The notes under the pieces are model-generated. The model was given only the letters and a program-made list of their open reading frames with translations. It did not search any database and was not told the DNA's origin. Positions 57,254 through 64,000 of a stretch of 64,000 nt of DNA are shown piece by piece. A program made the position numbers and the translations under genes. This stretch comes from Dehalococcoidia bacterium. GTDB taxonomy: Bacteria; Chloroflexota; Dehalococcoidia; Lucifugimonadales; VXLM01. The DNA is taken from the NCBI GenBank assembly GCA_034421575.1, contig DAOUKG010000032.1:6873-70872 (forward strand), written 5' to 3'. Each line of letters starts with the position of its first letter. The stretch's first letter is position 1.

Positions 57254-58888
57254 TCATTTCCTAGGGTCGAGGATTGTCACGGTCGGGAGCACACCAAACT
57301 GGCCGCTGATGAGGAGCGTCTCTCCATCCACTGACGTGACGGTTATCTCGCGCTTGTACTCACCCGACGGCACGATCTCCCGGGTGGTCCTGGACGGCGT
57401 CCCTTCCGGCAGCGGGAACATGACCTCCGTGCCGGGCTCGATGAGGGTGAACACCTCCGTGTGAGAGGCGGGGCCCGTGATTACTACAGTCACAGTCTCA
57501 ACCGGCTTCGTGAAGGTGCATCCTGCCGTGTTTATGCCGTCGAACCCCGTTGGAATCGTGCCCCTGTACTCGAACTCGATGGGAAGTTGCGCTGCTCTCG
57601 TCATCCGGCAAGGACCTGTTTCGAAGGTGGTGGACTCGGCAGTGAATGTTGTTGTCTCTTCATTGACGATGACCGAATAGCGCTCTCCGGGAACGAAGTC
57701 GGATCCCAGCGGTATCTCGGTCATCACCGACGGGAGGTCGGCAGTGCAGGGGACTGGCTGCCCCGGCGCGACCCTCAGGTGCGTGACCTTCACCTCGATG
57801 GTGCCGTGTCCCCGGCGTGAAATGTCGTATCCGTTGAAGACCGAGCAGGTACTGCCCCGTGGCAGGACCGAGTGTACGTTGAGGGAGTAGCCGGGCGGGT
57901 TCGAGTCCGAGGCGACTACTTCGATGTTCTCAATTGGAGACTGCTCCAAGACCCAAGAACCAATGCGATCATTGCGGACCAGGAAGGAGTTCGTCACCTC
58001 GCCGTTGACTATGACCTTGTAGGCCTCGTCGGGCGTCAGGTCGCTGCCCAGATTGATCACGAACTCATGTGTGTCATACGTCGCTATACATGCGATCGGC
58101 CCTTCCGGCATGAGGTTGACTACGTTGACGACAATGTCGGTTCCTTCAAGGTCCACTTCGTAGCCCCCGAATGAGACACAACCGCTGGTAAGGCCTGAGA
58201 CGATTCGCAGCGAGTATTCCTTCGGGTCGGAGTCCGAAACGACGACCGCGACACTCTCGATAGGGGCAGGCTTCTCAACCATCGCCTCGCTTGTGGGTTC
58301 GGGTTCGCTGGGGCTCCCGCCCACTCGCACGAGGACCATGTCCACGTGATGGGGGTTGTCGCGCGTAATGACGTCGTATGCCGTGTCGTTTATGAACGCA
58401 AGATCGTCGCCCTCCATGATCCTGACCTGGATCGCGTACGTGAACCTCTCGTCGATTTCATCGGCGTCGTACTCGATCTCGAAGCTGATGGGGACCTGCC
58501 CGGGGTTTCGGATTGTCAGCTCCTCTATGGTGACTGACGGAGCGTCCTGCAGCGAAACATCGCTGAGCGTCACCTCCACGACCGCGTTAGGTGACAGGGC
58601 GATCCGCTCGCGATACGTGATGGTGCCCGTAACCTTGGAGGTCCCGGACTCCTCGGTAGTAGGTTCGGCAGTAGGAGACGGTTGAATTGGGGTTGCCGTC
58701 GGCGCTGGTACAGAGGTTGGCGGAGTAGAAGTCGCGGTCGGTGCCGGTTGAATAGGAGTTGCACTCGGCATCGGAACGGGAGTCGGCGCCGTCTGCGTTG
58801 GCATTGAAGACGGTGCGTCTTCTCCGCAGGCGGTGATGAATGCGAGAAGGAGGCAGAGTGTGATGGCTCCGGCTATCGCGGCTCTCAT
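57254..58888 (-). CDS. Lipoprotein with a YbaY-like domain plus two repeated beta domains
   Basis: Lipobox FITAC; VTGTITYRERIALSPNAVVEVTLSDVSLQDAP (YbaY/YscW); repeats APIESV..SGC / SPIENI..STC. Confidence 0.8.
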   Translation of the reverse strand: MRAAIAGAITLCLLLAFITACGEDAPSSMPTQTAPTPVPMPSATPIQPAPTATSTPPTSVPAPTATPIQPSPTAEPTTEESGTSKVTGTITYRERIALSPNAVVEVTLSDVSLQDAPSVTIEELTIRNPGQVPISFEIEYDADEIDERFTYAIQVRIMEGDDLAFINDTAYDVITRDNPHHVDMVLVRVGGSPSEPEPTSEAMVEKPAPIESVAVVVSDSDPKEYSLRIVSGLTSGCVSFGGYEVDLEGTDIVVNVVNLMPEGPIACIATYDTHEFVINLGSDLTPDEAYKVIVNGEVTNSFLVRNDRIGSWVLEQSPIENIEVVASDSNPPGYSLNVHSVLPRGSTCSVFNGYDISRRGHGTIEVKVTHLRVAPGQPVPCTADLPSVMTEIPLGSDFVPGERYSVIVNEETTTFTAESTTFETGPCRMTRAAQLPIEFEYRGTIPTGFDGINTAGCTFTKPVETVTVVITGPASHTEVFTLIEPGTEVMFPLPEGTPSRTTREIVPSGEYKREITVTSVDGETLLISGQFGVLPTVTILDPRK

Positions 58889-59167
58889 GTAGTGGTCACC
58901 TCATCAAGATTTACTGTGCGTCTATTGAATATGACGAACAGGATGGGAGTTTTGTTCCCTGCCAAGTTCCGGCGAAGCTGCGTTCGCATCAAGCGTCCCC
59001 TCCGCGTCCTGCCTGCTCCAGCCCGCCACTTTCCGGCCACTGGATGTTATCCGAGGAGAACGCTGGAGATGGCCGGCTCAGCCTCGCCGCTCCACGGGAT
59101 GTCCTATTGATCTCACCGGTACCCGTATCCCTAATGACCGCATCAGAGGGGAAGGAGGTACTCCGTC

Positions 59168-59260
59168 ATGATTGAATGGCTCGGCATCAGCCACCTTGAG
59201 GAAAAGTAGGCTGAGTACAAGGCGCGGGTGAAGTACAGGATATTCCCCGGCGTCTATTGA
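59168..59260 (+). pseudogene. Remnant resembling the C-terminus of an isoprenylcysteine carboxyl methyltransferase-family protein
   Basis: Strong GAAGGAGG RBS; MIEWLGISHLEEK*AEYKARVKYRIFPGVY* resembles EE..EY..RVRYRLIPG(V/I)W. Confidence 0.4.
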
Positions 59261-59317
59261 GAAGGCCGCCTATCGAGGGCACGCAGCGCATCGCGACGGC
59301 CTAACGGCATTGACTTA

Positions 59318-59950
59318 TCAGGCCGGTTCGCCCGTGTAGAACCCTGTCGTGCGCCTTGCCGCCGCGAGCGCGTTGTCGGGGTCCATTCCGGCCGCAATTG
59401 AAGCCTGCCCCCAGCTTTCGCTGCTTCCGGTGATGAACGCCTTGCCGTTGGGCGAGGTGACAAAGGCCATCTCGTCAGGCTTTGGATCGTTCGGCTGCTC
59501 GAAATGAAAGGCGAGACCCAAGAGTGCCAACTCCCAGCCGACGCCGGTCGCGCCCGCTCCGTAGGTGTCCCAGTGTTCGGAATGGCGGGAGGTGTGCGTG
59601 ATCGCAAGCCTCGCCCGACCGGCTCCTTCGTCCGAGACGTGTACGTCCACCCAGCTGAGGTCACCGCCGAATTCCCACGTGAGAGAGATATGTGACAGCC
59701 GTTCGCACGACGTGATCACACCTCCCGCGTTGCCTTCCAACTGATAGCGGCCTCCGAGTTCAAGATCGCCGCTGATCGGCATGGCCCAGTGTGGGATACG
59801 TTCGCCGTTCGTCACGGCGTCCCACAGGTCCTCGACCGTCGTTTCGTAGCTGCGAGAAAGGGTGATCGCCCGCGCGGGGCTTCCATCGCGTTCCGGCGAC
59901 GACACGGTGCGATCTGCTGCGCTGAGGTGACAGTCGACATCGAAGTTCAT
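59318..59950 (-). CDS. SRPBCC/AHSA1-like domain protein
   Basis: TVEDLWDAVTNGERIPHW and GVGWEL motifs. Confidence 0.85.
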   Translation of the reverse strand: MNFDVDCHLSAADRTVSSPERDGSPARAITLSRSYETTVEDLWDAVTNGERIPHWAMPISGDLELGGRYQLEGNAGGVITSCERLSHISLTWEFGGDLSWVDVHVSDEGAGRARLAITHTSRHSEHWDTYGAGATGVGWELALLGLAFHFEQPNDPKPDEMAFVTSPNGKAFITGSSESWGQASIAAGMDPDNALAAARRTTGFYTGEPA

Positions 59951-59994
59951 TGTTTGGCCTTACTCGCGTGATAGGGGAATTGTCGAGGTAGACC

Positions 59995-60423
59995 CTACCC
60001 TAGCTGCAACAGTTCCAGCCAGTTGCCGTCGGGGTCTTGGATGTAGCAGGCGACGCGGCCGGGGGCAAGCTCTGCGGGCGGGTTCATGGGCTTTGCGCCG
60101 CCGTCGATGAGCCTCTGTTGGACAGCCTCGATGTCGTCCACCAAGATGGCTACGTGGGGAGCGCCGATGGTGTTGCGCTCCGTGGTTGGCCGCTCGTTGG
60201 GAGGCGGATTGAGGTACTGGATGAGTTCCAGGATGTGGCCGCCGCCGAGGTCGAGGTTGGCAATGATGAGGTGCGTGTTCTCATAGCCGATGACGGCGTC
60301 GATGCCGGGTCCGATGCGCTCGTACTCGGCGATGAGCTTCAGGCCGACCACGTCGCGGTAGAAGGCGACGGACTTGTCGCGGTCGGTGACAACGAACCCG
60401 GTGTGGTGAAGTCGGTTAATCAT
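59995..60423 (-). CDS. VOC/glyoxalase family protein
   Basis: HHTGFVV..FYRDVVG, LELIQY, HVAILVDD and QDPDGNWLEL. Confidence 0.9.
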   Translation of the reverse strand: MINRLHHTGFVVTDRDKSVAFYRDVVGLKLIAEYERIGPGIDAVIGYENTHLIIANLDLGGGHILELIQYLNPPPNERPTTERNTIGAPHVAILVDDIEAVQQRLIDGGAKPMNPPAELAPGRVACYIQDPDGNWLELLQLG

Positions 60424-60495
60424 GGTTGTGCCTCCCAGTGTCCCGTTTCTGAAGTTCAGTGCATGAATTGGATGAGTGAGTTCCGGGGAGCCACT

Positions 60496-60534
60496 CTCAC
60501 CCTCACCCTAGCCCTCTCCCACGACGGGAGAGGG
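60496..60534. repeat. REP-like element (CCCTCACCCTAGCCCTCTCCC family)
   Basis: Matches 42926-42963, 40759-40820 and 44995-45030 (reverse). Confidence 0.75.
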
Positions 60535-60583
60535 GACTTTCGCGCGCCGGCTTATTCGATGAATCTCTGAGGCAGGACACAAG

Positions 60584-61513
60584 TCAAAAGCGGTCGATGG
60601 CGGATAGGGCGTGGGTGATCCGCTGCCTCAGGTCCGCCACCGCCTCGTCGTTCCATTCGTAGAATCCCCGTCCCGACTTGACGCCGAGATCGCCCCGTTC
60701 GAGCATCGCGGTTATCGTGGGCGAGTTTTCGCTGCTGGTGTCGAGGTCGGGATATAGCTCGTCGATGATGTGCGAGATGGTGTCCCAGCCCGCTATGTCG
60801 AACACTTCCAGCGGCCCCGCGACCGCGAGCCGCCTTCCGAAGCTGGTCTTGACGACGGTATCCACGTCCTCAGCCGACGCGATGCCCTTGTCCACGACGG
60901 AGAGGGCCTCGCGGAGGAGCGCAAACTGCATCCGGTTGCCGATGAAGCCGAGCGACTCCTTTTGCAGGACGACCGGCCGCTTGCCGATTCCCTCAAGTAC
61001 ATCCTTGGTGATTTCGATGGTCTCGTCGCTGGTCTCCGGGCCGCGAACTACCTCGACCAGCGGAAGCAGGTGGGCAGGGTTCCACCAGTTGGCGACGACG
61101 ACCTTGTCAGGGCGATTGGTGGATGGCGCAAGCTGGCTCGTCATGTAGGACGACGTGTTGCTGGTCAGGACGGTGTGAGGAGGGCAGTGCGTGTCGAGGT
61201 CGGCGAAGATGCGGCGCTTGAGGTCGAGGTCCTCGAAAACGGCCTCGATTACGAATCCCACGCCGTCCATCGATCCGGCCATCGAGGTGCTCGCGCGAAT
61301 GCGTCCGGGGACGGCCTGCGCGGTCGGCTCGTCCACCAGTCCCTGCTCCTGGAGCACGCCGAGCGTTGCGGAGACGTTCTCCATGGCCCTGCTGAGGTTC
61401 TCCTCCGTCGTGTCGATGAGGACGACCTCATGCCCTCCCACGGCGAAATTCATGGCTATGCTGTGGCCCATGAGGCCCGCGCCGATCACGCCGATGCTTC
61501 CGATGTTGTCCAT
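60584..61513 (-). CDS. 3-hydroxyacyl-CoA dehydrogenase family protein
   Basis: VIGAGLMG, EAVFED..K, SNTSS and GFIGNRMQ. Confidence 0.92.
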   Translation of the reverse strand: MDNIGSIGVIGAGLMGHSIAMNFAVGGHEVVLIDTTEENLSRAMENVSATLGVLQEQGLVDEPTAQAVPGRIRASTSMAGSMDGVGFVIEAVFEDLDLKRRIFADLDTHCPPHTVLTSNTSSYMTSQLAPSTNRPDKVVVANWWNPAHLLPLVEVVRGPETSDETIEITKDVLEGIGKRPVVLQKESLGFIGNRMQFALLREALSVVDKGIASAEDVDTVVKTSFGRRLAVAGPLEVFDIAGWDTISHIIDELYPDLDTSSENSPTITAMLERGDLGVKSGRGFYEWNDEAVADLRQRITHALSAIDRF

Positions 61514-61605
61514 GATTGGGTTGCTCCGAAGGTGTGCACGAGTGTAGTCGCGGTATGGTCATGCGTCAACACACGGCAGAGCGCGTGACACGCTACAATA
61601 AGCGC

Positions 61606-62268
61606 ATGGACTTGGAACCGGACATTGTGCTCGCCTCGGAATCGCAGCGAAGGCGTGAGATCATCGGAGCGCTCGATTCCGCTGTCGAGTTCGTCTCGCC
61701 CGGAATTTACGAGCGTCCGCCATACCCTGGCGAGGACGCCGAAGAGTACGTAAGAGAGTTATCGCAGGAGAAGGCCCTCGCCGTAGAGTCCAACGGACAT
61801 TCGGAGACACTCGTGATAGGGGCGGATACTTCCGTCGTCCTGGGCGAAGAGATCCTCGGAAAGCCGGTCGATGAGGCCGATGCGAGGGACATGCTGATGG
61901 AGCTTCGAGGGCGCTCACACCGTGTCGTTACGGGAGTGACCGTCTTGCGCAAGGGCTTTCTGGCATCGACGGTCGCGAGCGGCGACGTGGCGATGCGGGA
62001 GTACACGGACGCGGAGATGGAGGCGTATATCGAGTCGGGTGAGCCGTTCGACAAGGCGGGAGGCTATGCCATACAGGACGAACGGTTCGCGCCCGTTTCG
62101 GGTCTGACGGGATGCTACCTGAATGTCGTGGGGTTCCCCCTCTGCGAGGTCATGCGAATAATGTCGAAGGTAGGAGTGGTCGCCAAACTGAAACCGGAAT
62201 GGCGAGCGCCGGAACGGTGCCCAAGCAACTGCCCGGTCCGCGTTGTTGGTAAGGTGGCGGTGACATGA
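61606..62268 (+). CDS. maf: Maf-family nucleotide pyrophosphatase
   Basis: LASESQRRREI, IGADT, ILGKP and DKAGGYAIQ. Confidence 0.92.
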   Translation: MDLEPDIVLASESQRRREIIGALDSAVEFVSPGIYERPPYPGEDAEEYVRELSQEKALAVESNGHSETLVIGADTSVVLGEEILGKPVDEADARDMLMELRGRSHRVVTGVTVLRKGFLASTVASGDVAMREYTDAEMEAYIESGEPFDKAGGYAIQDERFAPVSGLTGCYLNVVGFPLCEVMRIMSKVGVVAKLKPEWRAPERCPSNCPVRVVGKVAVT

Positions 62269-62603
62269 ACATCTTCGGAATGGGTCCGCTCGAAATTCTT
62301 GTCATCGCGTTGGTGGCCTTCATATTCCTGGGGCCGAAGAAGATGGTTGACGCCGCGCGGCTTCTGGGGAAGGCTACCAAAGAGGTCCGCCGGATGACGG
62401 ACGAGCTGCCCAAGATCGTGCTCGATGAAGAACAGGCCGGGCCGTCGCGTGCGCCTGCACCTCGGAGCGATCAGGAGACGGGGGATGAGGCCGGAGAGAC
62501 GCAGGAGGAGGAAGCGGTTGTCGATGGCCCTGTCGCCTTCCGCTCCGGTCGCAGTCGCGGAGATGCCGCCAAAGTAGAGCAGAACCAAGGGCGAGACACG
62601 TGA
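62265..62603 (+). CDS. tatB: Twin-arginine translocase TatA/TatB-family subunit
   Basis: FGMGPLEILVIALVAFIFLGPKK followed by an amphipathic helix; adjacent to tatC. Confidence 0.8.
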   Translation: MNIFGMGPLEILVIALVAFIFLGPKKMVDAARLLGKATKEVRRMTDELPKIVLDEEQAGPSRAPAPRSDQETGDEAGETQEEEAVVDGPVAFRSGRSRGDAAKVEQNQGRDT

Positions 62604-63373
62604 GTAGCGATCAAGACGGCAACAGGCTGACCATGGGGTCGCACCTCGACGAGCTGCGGAGCCGCGTCACGAAGTCCGTGCTGGCGGTCGTGGTGACGAC
62701 GGCCATAGCGTTCGTGTTTCACCGTCAGATCCTGCTCGTACTCATGCAGCCCGCCAAGGGGTTCGACCAGACTCCCTTCGATGGGCCGATCTACACGCAC
62801 CTGACGGAATTCATCAGCATCGCGTTCAAGGTCTCGCTCCTTGCCGGCTTCATCCTTGCCCTGCCATTCGTGCTCTTCCAGATCGTCATGTTCGTCGCGC
62901 CGGGCCTGACTCCTAAGGAGCGTCGCTATCTGTACACGTTGGTGCCCGCGTCATTCCTTGCCTTTATCGCCGGAGCGGTGTTCGGCCACCAGGTGCTCTT
63001 TCCACCGGCGGTGAGATTCCTGCTGAATTTCGGCAGCGGCATCGCTACTCCGCTTCCCGGCATCGGCCCCTTCATAAACCTCATGCTGACGCTCCTTCTG
63101 TGGATGGGCCTTGTGTTTCAGACGCCGATAGTGGCGTTCTTCCTCTCCAAGATCGGCGTGGTGACGGGCGACTGGCTTGCCAAGCAGCGCAAGTACGCCG
63201 TGATCGTGGCCTTCATCCTGGGAGCGATCATCACACCGACGTTCGACCCCATCAATCAGACGATCGTCTCCGTACCCATCATCGTGATGTACGAGCTTGG
63301 CATCTGGCTCGCCAAGCTGGGCAGTCGCGGTCGCAAGAAGGCCGCGCAGGAGCTGTCGGGGGCCGACTCGTAG
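62600..63373 (+). CDS. tatC: Twin-arginine translocase subunit TatC
   Basis: HLDELRSR, FQTP, AIITPTFDP and MYELGI. Confidence 0.96.
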   Translation: MSSDQDGNRLTMGSHLDELRSRVTKSVLAVVVTTAIAFVFHRQILLVLMQPAKGFDQTPFDGPIYTHLTEFISIAFKVSLLAGFILALPFVLFQIVMFVAPGLTPKERRYLYTLVPASFLAFIAGAVFGHQVLFPPAVRFLLNFGSGIATPLPGIGPFINLMLTLLLWMGLVFQTPIVAFFLSKIGVVTGDWLAKQRKYAVIVAFILGAIITPTFDPINQTIVSVPIIVMYELGIWLAKLGSRGRKKAAQELSGADS

Positions 63374-63404
63374 GGGGCAGAGAGTATTGCGTGGAAAATA
63401 ACCT

Positions 63405-63438
63405 CCCGTAGGGGCGATTCGCGAATCGCCCCTACGGG
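63405..63438. repeat. Perfect 34-bp palindrome (GTAGGGGCG-type REP; possible terminator)
   Basis: cccgtaggggcgattcgcgaatcgcccctacggg. Confidence 0.8.
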
Positions 63439-63533
63439 TTTCGTAACCTCCCCAACGCGATGTGCTACAATTACTGTCCAGGCCCCGATGTTTCGGGGTC
63501 AACTTGTGAAAGATACTGGGGACGGTTCTCAAG

Positions 63534-64000
63534 ATGGTAACGAACGAACGGCCAAGCATTACCCTGTCGGACAGGCAGATTGTCGGCAAGAAGGTCAGGG
63601 CCCTGCGCCGCGAGGGCTTCGTGCCGGTGCACTACTACGGCAGGGGCATGGAATCGCTTACGCTTCAGGCCTCCACCGGCATGTTGCGGAAGGTTGTCGA
63701 TGAGGCAGGCGCGAATATCCCGGTCGAGGTGGACGTCGAAGGCACCGACGGGAGCGACATCTGCTTCGTCCGAGAAGTGCAGTGGCACCCCGTCAACGGC
63801 TCGCTGCTTCACGTCGATTTCATGCGCGTGGACATCACTGAGAGAGTCACCGCCGAGGTCCCGATAACACTCATCGGACAGTCCGAGGCGGTACGGGAGC
63901 TTGGCGGAGTGATTATCCAGCCGTTCCAGACTTTGCCGGTTGAGGCCCTCCCCCTCGATATGCCGAAGGAGGTCATCGTAGACGTCACTCCTCTTGTGAT
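63534..64000 (+). CDS. rplY: 50S ribosomal protein L25/Ctc (3' partial)
   Basis: GKKVRALRREGFVP..YYG, VQWHPV..LHVDF and EVPITLIG. Confidence 0.93.
   Translation, partial: MVTNERPSITLSDRQIVGKKVRALRREGFVPVHYYGRGMESLTLQASTGMLRKVVDEAGANIPVEVDVEGTDGSDICFVREVQWHPVNGSLLHVDFMRVDITERVTAEVPITLIGQSEAVRELGGVIIQPFQTLPVEALPLDMPKEVIVDVTPLV

Overview
This GC-rich bacterial window most resembles Chloroflexota/Dehalococcoidia (SAR202-like). A sponge-symbiont lifestyle is inferred from a SupA-type PKS, ankyrin and cadherin proteins, and heavy REP/MITE proliferation; taxonomy cannot be proven from the sequence alone. (1) 1-2.9 kb: Aas-like acyl-ACP synthetase/acyltransferase, a HIT protein and tRNA-Ala(CGC). 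(2) About 2.9-27.7 kb: a composite accessory region between two convergent tRNA 3' ends (Ala +, Leu(TAG) -). It contains an integrase scar, a ~3.46 kaa SupA-like PKS and a zone of gene debris. It also holds a lower-GC three-gene operon (giant helical protein with two cadherin-like inserts, STAND ATPase, protein ending in a HEPN-like RxxxxH motif), which is the best candidate for an undescribed defence system. The region ends in a phage-like switch (small HTH genes / XRE repressor / IrrE-like peptidase / RHH) and a large serine recombinase whose reading frame runs antisense into tRNA-Leu. A scar of the same recombinase family runs, in the same register, into tRNA-Ala. (3) 28-35.3 kb: three modular ankyrin proteins, an orphan higA and a solo HsdR-N-like nuclease. 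(4) 35.4-49.6 kb: amidase, two class-III aminotransferases (one lacks the catalytic Lys), NYN protein, malate synthase, tandem lipoproteins with REP mosaics and a 54-bp micro-inversion, and DUF1800/DUF1501. (5) 49.6-52.5 kb: a low-GC R-M pair (DUF1156-like MTase plus NotI-like REase). (6) 52.5-64 kb: tandem membrane/OB-fold paralogs, NHL, DinB, YbaY lipoprotein, SRPBCC, VOC, 3-hydroxyacyl-CoA dehydrogenase, maf-tatB-tatC and rplY (partial). No rRNA or CRISPR array was seen. All family assignments are by motif recognition, not database search.
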